Source: Lytechinus pictus (Eukaryota). Taken from it: DNA of 64,000 bases. Made by a program: the position numbers and the translations under genes. The stretch spans positions 25,174,001 through 25,238,000 of the forward strand of contig NC_087250.1 in assembly GCF_037042905.1 (NCBI RefSeq), given 5' to 3'. Positions 27,410 to 38,070 of the stretch are shown in pieces (positions within the stretch are counted from its first letter, which is position 1; the number at the start of each line of letters is the position of its first letter). The notes below the pieces were generated by a model. It saw only the letters and a list, made by a program, of their open reading frames with translations. It had not been told where the DNA came from and searched no databases.

Positions 27410-28340
27410 TGAATGAGAAGAAGAAAAGGAAAGAAAGTTGAAATGAAATGATATACAAGAAGAATATAGAGAAGGGAAGAAGAAGAAAAAGGAGAAGAGG
27501 AAGAATAGGAATAGAAGAAGAAAAAGAAGAAGGAGGAGGAGGAGGAGGAGGAGAAGGAGAAGAAGAAGAAGTAGGAAGAAGAAGAAGAAGAAGTAGGAAG
27601 AAGAAGAAGAGGAGGTGATTTTGGATTAGGAGGATAAGGTGGAGCACCAGAAGAGGAAGGTTAAGGAAAGAGTGGGAGAAGGAACAAAAAGACGGGAAAA
27701 TACAGAGTTGAAAAAATAGAAGAGCAACACCTGATCCTATTGTTTTATTTAACAAACATCTGCTAAAATTTCAGTTTTTAAATAAAAATTGATGCAAGAA
27801 AGTTAATTTCCATTTGTAATGCACTCATGCTTGTAATCAGCAATTCTACATTTCCCGAGTGGCTTGAAACCTGTTTCTTTTATGCATTAGAATTATAAGA
27901 ATTCTATCCACGCTTGATCTTATGATGGAGGAGCAGAAGGCAAAGAATAAGAAGAATGAGGATGAGGAGAAGAAGTAGAAGTAGAAGTAGAAGTAGAAGT
28001 AGAAGAAGAAGGAAGAGGAGGAAAAGAAGAAGAAGTAGAAGAAGGAGGAGGAGAAGAAGAAGAAGGAGAAGAAGAACAAGAAGAACAAGAAGAAGGAGGA
28101 GGAGAAGAAAGAGGAGGATATACATGTAGAGAAAGAGGGGTCAGAAGACAAAAAAAGGAAGAACATGAGGAAGAAGAAGACAGAAGAAGAAGAAAAAGAA
28201 AAAAGGAGAAAATAAGAAGGAGAAGAAGAAAGAGGAGAAGAAGAATAGGAAGGAGAAGAAGAAGAGAGAGAACAATATATAGAGAGAGATGACAAAAGAG
28301 CCACAGAGAGAAGAAAAAACAAGAAGAGAGAGATAAACGT
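27410..28340 (+). repeat. Two purine-rich (GAA/GGA) low-complexity tracts
   Basis: About 27410-27720 and 27930-28340; they share motifs such as gaggggtcagaagacaaa with 380-1085. Confidence 0.9.
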
Positions 28341-31300
28341 AATTTCAGTAAGCTAGGTAGTATCATCATTAGATATGAACTCTCCCTGACCTCACATGTA
28401 TGTCCCATGAATTCATAATGCCTTGCCCAGGGCATTGAAAAAAAAAAAAAAGCTTCTATCTCCCCATCATTCAATACTCTGTAGTGACATTTTCACTCTT
28501 GGTTACAGTCCCATTCTCTGCTTTTTGTCATTCATGATTTTGTTTTTTTTAGCTTAATGATATCAGTCTTGACAGCAACAACAGATTGAATCCTCTTTGT
28601 TCAACAAGCATGCAGTTTTGGGAGCAGTTCATTTGATAATATTAAATGAATTTTCACTGACAACTGTGATAAGCTACTGAAATTCTTGAATCTGATTGGC
28701 TAAAGAGCAAACTTGTCAGTGAAAATCTCTGACAAGATGTCATTGTCTGTATTCAAATGCAGGATCAAATTCACAAGGGTGAATCAGAAAATGTAATATA
28801 GTTTTGTTCCCTCGTATTTTTCTTTTTTCAAGAGTTACCTTTATAGTTTACATGTATTAGATGGGCATGTATCTGCTTTATGTAGTGTTGACATTAAATC
28901 ATGAAGATCAACGACCAGCATTTTTTTTTTTTTTTTTTTGTGCTCATTTCAGGAGGAGCAAAAATGCCTGAAAATAGATTGGAGTCCTGTTTCACAAATG
29001 CCCTACATGTAGTTCTAGTAAGTTTTTTAGTATCTAGATTCATACTGTTGATATTGCAAATCTGTTATTGTATCATGTTTTAAGAAACAGCCTCTGATTT
29101 TGCATCCATATTTCATATCAGCTGAGTATTTCTGTGGTCTTTCCAGGAGGGGCAGAAGTGTCTGAAAATAGATCTGGGGGGGGGGGGTGGTTTCATGAAG
29201 AGTTAAAAGAATGATAAAGTTGCTCTTCAATATCTAGTTGCGTGTCATATAAGTGGTATCACATAATTGGTCAAATCATGCTATACAAAAGAAGAGGCAT
29301 GCTACAGCATATTAATTGATAAGATTGCGCATTATACTCATGTACACATCAGCATTAAGCATGACATTATTAAAAGTCACATTAACTCGTTTGTGAAACA
29401 CCCCCACCCCCCCTCCCCCCCCCCAGATTTTGCATTCATGTTTTGTGAGAGTCTCCAGTATCCAAAGATTTTTATTTGCATTGATGCAAGCATGTAATGG
29501 CTGTTGAACCTCCCTCTGATTACTGTCTATCATGTGAGTAGGAGGCCTGATTCTTTGCCAGCAATTTACCCGGGCAAGAACCTCCCCGGTTGTTTTCCTT
29601 AATTTACCAGCATAAAGGAGGATAATTTTCAGCCACTTTTTTGTGATTTTGAATGTAGGTAGAGATTGGGAAGAGTTGATGGAAGGTCATATCGATGCAA
29701 CTGAGGAGTGATTGTTTTTATATTTTTGGCGGTTGTTCGTTTGTTTTTTTCTCAAATGGTAATTAGTTGTACAGCATCTGAGTAAGGGATTGTTTCATGA
29801 AATAAAATGACAGTGGCTCTCATTGACAACTGTCAGAAGCTACTGAAATGCTTGAATCTGATTGGCTCAGAGCCCGATTCTGCGCTAGCAATTTACTGGC
29901 TCGACCCTCCCTGTTTTTTCCCCCGCATAAGTACTCAGTAGGATAGTTTGTACATACATGTAGCAATATTTATTGTGATTTTAAATGTGTATTGTAGGTG
30001 GAGACTGGGAAAAGTTGACAGAAGGTCATATAGATACAAGTGAAGAGTACATTGTAATAGCCATTTGTCATTTTGTGTTATTGTTTAGTTTGAGTTTTTT
30101 AACTTTTTTTCTCAACATGGTAGATTATTGATGTACACAGATCGTGCAAAAAGTATGAAAGTATGCACTTGAATTACTCCACTGCAAATATGAACACATC
30201 AACCGTTCATGGACATTTATAAGCTGTGGTCACAGGGATGAGAATGCATAGTGAAGTCTGGACACAGCGTGTTCACACTGATATTGATGGCCATCTGTTG
30301 ATTTTGCATTAAATATATATAGGTAATACATTAGAAGTAGATAGATCATTTTCTCCCTGTAAATTTACATGTATGAACATATCAACCACTCGCATTAATT
30401 AGCTACGAGAGGGATAAAAGAGCACACAGTGTGGACAAATCATGTTCACACTAATATTAGATGTCCTTCTATTGATTTTGCATAAAACATTGTATTCAGT
30501 TCCCCGTTCATTCATGCGAATATGAACACATTGATCACTTGCATCACTAATTAACAATGAGACGGATACCTTGTGGACAAGGCATGTTCACACTCGTATT
30601 CGCTGACCATCTGTTGAACCCGTCCTCATCAGTCGGCAGAGGTTCTGAGCAACGTTCATTTTATCAGAAAGGCCAACCACCTTATACACTCCCGGGTACA
30701 TCAGCCAGCAACTCTACATCACCCACAGCGATTCATTCCCACGTTTTTTTCCCTTCGTTCATTCGTTAAGGACCCATCTCATCGCATCGTCGTCGTCTTC
30801 CCTCTCTCTCTCTCTCCTCTCTCTGCGCATCCCACCCCTACCGTCCCGGACGGTGTCCTCTGCGTGAACCCCAAGCTTGTCAGGGGATATTTATGTAATA
30901 TATGCCTTTTTTCTCTCTCTTTCCATACGATGCGATGCTGTCTACCAAAGCTCGCATAGACTTTGTACAATATGTGCCGGTGTGTGTGGATGTGTGTGTA
31001 TGTGTGGGGGAAAATGCATTGGAGGGTTTTTTATGTGTAGGTGTGTTTGAGTATTGAGTAGTGGTGGATGAACATGGAAGTGTGTATGTGTGTTTTTGTG
31101 GGTTACATTTTACATGAAACAAGCAGACAGACTTTGCCCAGAGAGAGAGTGTATGAGACTGTTTCTCTCTTTCTCTATCTCTCGCTCTTTTACTCTCGCT
31201 TTTATGTTTCTTTCTAAATTTTCTTCTTTTGCTGTTAAATAAATGGTGTGTACTTCATAATCCTTTTCCCATTTTATATTTTACAGAAATAACTTTGTAG

Positions 31301-33541
31301 TGTTCGATCATTCACAATCTTTGTCCCATTCATATTTTTAAGTAAATAATGTGTTCAATCTGTTTATAGGCTGAATATGTCCATTTAACAGATCTCTCTC
31401 TCTATCTCTTTCTCTGAATGTACATGTATGTACAACTCTCAATGCTTTTTTATATGCAGCTCTTTTTGTCAGATTCTGATTTTTCTGAATGCTCAATTAT
31501 TATTATTTTTGTTTGTTTGATAACATGGTTAACTGTAAATGTGACAAAATGTCTTAGAATAAATGTGGCACAATTGCAAATAAAAAAAATACCATGCTTC
31601 TGAATAGATATTAACCTTAGCTTTAAAACAAATTTGATTATGAATGAGACAGCCTCTTCATTATTTTAGCAGAAAGAATGGATATTAGAGCGAGATAAAT
31701 ATAAATCAAATGGTGACACACTGAAAAATTAGACAACAGAAGTATGCATACAACTTCTGACTATTTATAAACTGTTAAATAGCATTTTTATTTTTGTTTA
31801 ATAGGGACAGTGGTTTTCCATATTGTACAGGTATTAAAAAATCAAACAGAAGTCTGTCTTGGATCTTTGCATTTCTTGTGAAAAATCATTGATACATGTA
31901 TTACCTTTTCGAAATATAATTCATGTTTTCACTGTGCACATTTACCATTTTAGGTCAATGTTAAAATGGAATGACTGGTTTTCATAAATGGAAAAAACAC
32001 ATTTTTCAAAACAGAAAATAACTGCCCCTATTTGTCAATACATAAAGTTTTGCTGTCACATTACAGAATTTACTTTGTCTTGATAGAAAGATTCCTCTAG
32101 AAAAGTTGAGATGAATTTTCACTCATAAAAGAATAAAATTAAGAGTGAATAGCGTAAATTTATGGTGGAAATATGCATTTGACTCGCATTTCATTGACCA
32201 TGGTAATATGTTGTATATCCAGCCTTTTTTGTGTGATATATTTCATTCAAAATCAGTCAAAAGTGTTTTATACCCAAACTTCACTTCAAACTTTTTTTGA
32301 AAGTTTTCACTTTTTTATGGTATTTTGTTTCAAGATTGGTTTGCATTGCAGAAGCTGAGTATCACATACATATATCTTTTACAGAGTAAAAACAAAATAC
32401 AAACTTGATACTTTTAAGAAGAAATAATATTGAAATAGTATTATAAAAACCATAGAAAACATGAAGAAATAGGAAAGTTAACCCAATAATACATCTTTTT
32501 TTTTTTTTTTCTTTGGGGGGGGGGGTGGCAATGTGAGTTCAAATATTAAGACCAAAGTCAGCAGGATATTTCGAATAATTATGATGTAAAAGAAGAAATC
32601 GAATTAACCCCCAGACAATAATTTGTTTGCCTTTCCTTTGGACTCTGTGGAAATTACTCTAAAAAATTTGGTTCTGTATATTTTTGGCCTTGTTTTATTC
32701 AATTTATTTATGTTTTTTCCAGGATATCCTATTCTGATTGGATGTTTTTTTTTTTTGGTGTGTTTTTAAATTCTTTCCATAATTGTATTTACTTAAATCT
32801 ATAAACAACACAAAATTGGCAGCTCACAGGCTGAAAACATTTAATATGCAAACATAACAAATAAATAGAAATAGTACATAATTATACTATTAAACATTTT
32901 AAACACACATGATGGGTCAATTTATAACATTGATAAATTGCCAACTGTCATTTATTAAATTATAATAATTTTAATAATAATTCATTGGTTTTCTACCGTG
33001 TTTGATATAAAAACAAAGAAACAACCAAATAGATCTGTTAAATTGAACAATATATGTAAAAAAAAAAAAAAAATGATTTTTTTTTTTTTGGGGGGGGGGG
33101 GTTTAAGCAAAGGTCAAGTGTGATTGATTTAGAATATAAAAAAATATGTTGTGCAGATTAGATAAGAATTAACAGAGCTTATTACTTTTAGGGGATTATG
33201 ACATAAAAAATAAGTTAAATAATGTCAAAAGAAACAGTTATTTGCAATGTGATTTCTACAGGTATGTCTAAAATGGGCATGTGTCTTTCAGTTCTATTAT
33301 TCATATTCTATTGTGTTTTGTTTTGTTTTTGTTCCCCTCCCCTTTTTCTTGTATAAGCGAGTTCTGGTATAGTTTTCTTGTTTGGACATTTAGTTTATTT
33401 ATCTCTATATTGTGTTATGCAGTGGTGCTAAAAAGTTAGTGAATCCCACCAAAAAAATCACTCCTTCATGCTGAGTGTTAAACGGAGACAACAACACTAC
33501 AATGTTTGCCGAGCCCAGATAAAAAAACTTCACAATAAAAA

Positions 33542-34142
33542 AGGTCAAGTCCACCTCATTAAAATGTTGATTTGAATCATAAAAGAAAAATCAGACAAGC
33601 ATAATGCTGAAAATTTCATCAAAATCGGATGTAAAATATTAAAGAAAGTTATGACATTTTAAAGTTTCGCTTATTTTTCACAAAATAGTTATATGCACAA
33701 TTTAGTCACATTGTATGCAATTGAGAGAATCAATGATGTCCCTCACTCACTATTTATTTTGTTTTTTTTTATTGTTTGAATTATACAATATTTCAATTTT
33801 TACAGATTTGACAATAAGGACCAACTCGACTGAACCATATAATGTTAACCAATGGTAATTCCACATGTTCAGTGAGAAATAAAACTTTTTATTCACAGGA
33901 CAATGAGGAGAAAATTAAAATGTTTCATATTTCTTATAATAAAATACAAAAGAAAAAGTGAGTTAGTGATGTCATCAGTTCTTCATTTGCATAACAACCA
34001 GGATGTGCATATAACTATTATGTGAAATCAAGCAAAACTTTAAAATGTCATAACTTTAATATTTTACATCCGATTTTGATGAAATTTTCAGTGTTATGCT
34101 CATTGGATTTTTCTCTTTTTATTCAAATCAACTTTTTTGTTG
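33542..34142. mobile_element. MITE family A copy, right TIR cut by a family C element
   Basis: Family A similarity ends abruptly near 34142. Confidence 0.85.
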
Positions 34143-34541
34143 GCTAAATGAAAGTAGTTGCAGTAAAACACTGATTTCGTGAGAAAGTCTGTAAAACCAA
34201 GGTTAAGTATTACTATATCATTGTGGATCTAGATCTGGTACAGTTACATAAACTGAACTTTGTGAAATCATAAAATCTAAGCTGAAAAACGATCACACTG
34301 AAGATTGCCAACACAGATAGGCACACGTGGGACAGTGTATTATTATTGCTGGAATAAAGACCCGACGGAAGTGCCCGAATCCGCGCTTATTTTGCTTATT
34401 TCTCAGCAATTCCATAATTTCTTCCAGAATCCTTTGGCACATATTTTTTATTCATACGAACAGACACTCGGGTGGTCATTATATTGGATTCTGTAAAAAG
34501 TCATTTTGAGATCGTTACCACAACTGGCATTTTTAATATCT
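34143..34541. mobile_element. Family C element copy
   Basis: Near-identical to 24330-24726. Confidence 0.85.
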
Positions 34542-36365
34542 TTAAGTATCTAAAACATGGCAGAACTTGAACACTTGAAAAAAAAAATGTGTTCATTTTC
34601 TAGTGGGGTTCACCAACTTTTAGCACCACTGTACATGTCCCAACACGCATGTATATATGTTGTGATATATTTTGTTTTTGTTAGTTTTCCTTGTTTCCTT
34701 GCCATCCCATTTGCTGTGTATTGTTTCAATGTGATGTGTCTACAGGCCCCGATTGGATCATGCTTGCAACGTTCTTAACATTCTTGGAATTGAGGCATTC
34801 TTTCATGTACATTAATGTATGTAGCACCCCCCCCCCCTTCATCCATCCATTCCCTTCCCTTCAAGTATCATTTCCAATATCACAACACTAATCTTCTGTA
34901 CTTACGAGGACTAATAATCACTTTTATAAAAGCTTCAGAACATTCTATAGTGTGTACAATGTCAGCTTGATCGAGTCTTCTTTCAAAAAAAAAATCTAAA
35001 AAGCAAATTTAATATAAATTTAAACCCTAATCGTGAGTTGGGAATTAGGGATAGTAATTGTTTTGGGCGATTTTGAAGTGATGCATTATATCTTAATACA
35101 GCTTTGAATCTTCATACTTAATCTACTATCCTCATTCCATCTAATGAACATCCCCCCCCCCCCCCGGGGGGGAAGGGGGGGCAGTGGTTACTGCCATTAT
35201 AAGATGTACAGGCATTGTCCACAGAGGGGCATACAATTAAAAAAAAGTATCAAAATAAAAAAAATCAGGGGAAAATGGTACATGTACATGTGTACTTTTT
35301 AATGACCTATATATGAGTAAAAGCAAGGAGGAAAATACACAGAGACTCAGGGGCGTATTTGCCCCTGAAATGCTAAAAAAATAGCCTTAAAAATTAAAAA
35401 GAGAGCCCTATAAAAATTAAAAAGAGCCCCAGAGAATCCCCAGAACACTACAAAGTTTATCAAATGAAGCAGAGTTTAGACAGTTAACACTCTGGGTTGT
35501 GAAAAGTTTCCCCTGAAAATAATATGTATTTTTTATATATATTTTTTTTTGCCTGGTGTGAGTAAAGTGAATATATTTCACTATCATGAAAATGAAATAT
35601 TTAAGGCTTTATTTTAGTGGAGGGGGAAGCATGCCAGAATAGTTTAAGGGTATTCTGGGGATTCCTGTTCATGGTCTATTCTGGGATCCATTTTATAAAA
35701 CTTGCATAACAACAAATATACATACGGTACAATAACAGTTTAAAACTACTGAAATCATTCAGTTTCATTGGCTGATAGCAAACTTGTACATTATTGTAAC
35801 AAGTGTTTATGAAACAGGGCCCCTGAAAGTCCCATGTTGCCCACATTTAAATGACAGTGCCCACTCCCTCCTGAGGTCTAATTCATTTTCATAATTTTCA
35901 TAATTTTTTTTCTGCATACAATTTTCTTGGCCTATAGTATTGCGTATTCCATGAAATCATGTATCTTCTTTATTCTTCCTGGACTTATTGATATTTTAAG
36001 TCGTTGGTATCGCAGAAGACTGGGGGCATTTTATTTAACATACACTGTACAGTACGTAGCCAGACTCATCCAGGGCTCTGGAAATGATTTTTTGATAGGT
36101 GCTGCTGGTTTTCAAAAAAAAATTGATTTTAAGCAAAACAGAGATGGCTTTCACTCCCAAATGAAAGGGATTGGGGTCATGAAATTTTGACAAGTAAGAA
36201 AAAAAATGATACTCAATCCAAAATGAAAGTGATTTCGATTCAGTAGCTCATGGATTGGATGTCCAGGGGGTGCTGTCTATATAGTAAATAACACATGCAG
36301 CGCCCACTTGGCAAATCCTCGGGGTACTTCTGCACCCCGGCTTCCCACAGCCAGGGTGGACTCAA

Positions 36366-36673
36366 TGGCCCGTATTCTGAAGTCAGACTTAACTTAGACC
36401 ATAAAGTCTGTGCTAAAATTATGGGAGCCAAAACTTCTAATATTCCGTTTATATTGTATATTTCTTATGTTCACTATTTTGTTTTCTTTTGCTTTCATAA
36501 TGATGAAAAAACTTCAAAATACTTCAGTTATCATTCCCAGACAATTGGGTGTCACATGAGTCAATAAATTGGATGTGTACTGTAAGGGATTTGTGCCCTA
36601 AATTGGCTCTCCATAGTTAAACCACAACTTTAAACCAGGGTTTAATTTAAACTGGAGTTCAGAATACGGGCCA
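36366..36673. mobile_element. MITE
   Basis: tggcccgtattctgaa / ttcagaatacgggcca. Confidence 0.7.
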
Positions 36674-37009
36674 ATATGAAATAGTGGTTCTCCCAAAATT
36701 TCTAAAAAGAAAAAGTATAAGGAATAACATTTTTTGTAGCCTAGTTATGAAGAATCAATAAAAAAAAGTTGTGAGGCAGTGACTGCAGCCGGTTATGATG
36801 ACTGTTTTTCCCTTCTTTCATCCAAAGGGAATTTCTCAGCGCTAATGAGCATTTTGTTTACTTCACTTTGAGTGGTAATGGGGTGTTTGTGGCTTTGTAA
36901 AGATGTGAGGTGATTATTAATACTCACATGAATGAGGGCATTCATCAGCCTTGTATGGTTTCATGGTGATGATGGCAGTGATGGGCTCAGAATCACAATC
37001 ATTGGTTAA

Positions 37010-38070
37010 GGATGGTGGTGATGCTTTCGCTGGTGTTGGTGGTGGGGATGATGATGGTGATAATGATGATATTGGTGATAAAGATGATGATGATGATGGT
37101 GGTGATGAGGATGATGGTGATGATGGTGATGATGATGATGATGATATTGGTGATAAAGATGATGATGATGATGATGATGGTGATGATGGTGATGATGATG
37201 ATGATGGTGATGACGATGATGATGGTGATGATGGTGATGTCGATGATGATGATGATATTGGTGATGATGGTTATGGTGATGGTGATGTCATAATGTTGGT
37301 GATGATGATGATGATGATGATAATGATGGTGATGATGACTATGATGATAATGATGGTGATGATGATTATGATGATGATGATGGTGGTGACGATAATGATG
37401 ATGATGATGATGATGGTGACGATAATGATGATTATGATGATGATGATGGTGGTGACGATAATGATGATTATGATAATGATGATTATGATGATGATGATGG
37501 TGACGATAATGATGATAATGATGATGATGATGATGGTGGTGACGATAATGATGATTATGATGATGATGATGGTGGTGACAATAATGATGATTATGATGAT
37601 GATGATGATTATGATGATGATGATGATGGTGGTGATGATAATGATGATGGTGGTGAGGATAATGATGATTATGATGATGATGGTGGTGACGATAATGATG
37701 ATTATGGTGATGATGATGGTGGTGACGATAATGATGATTATGATGATGATGATGGTTGTGACGATAATGATGATTATGATGATTATGATGATGATGGTGG
37801 TGATGATAATGATGATTATGATGATGATAATGATGGTGATGATAATTGTGGTGATGCTGATGATGGTGAATATGTTGAATAGTGATGATGATGATGATAA
37901 TTATGGTGGTGATGATGATGATGATGATGAAGATAATGATGTTGATTATGATGGTGATGATGAAGATAATGATGTTGATTATGATGGTGATGATTATGAT
38001 AATGATGTGGGCAATGATGATTTTTTTTTCTGCCAGTGCTGATGATGCTGATGGTGATAGTGGTTATGAT
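37010..38070 (+). repeat. Compound (GAT)n/(GGT) microsatellite, about 1 kb
   Basis: Direct reading of the sequence. Confidence 0.97.

Noticed and set aside
27306..28474. Poly-L/S/F ORFs
   Set aside because: Simple-repeat artefacts.
36951..38042. 363-aa D/M-rich ORF
   Set aside because: (GAT)n microsatellite inside the pur intron.
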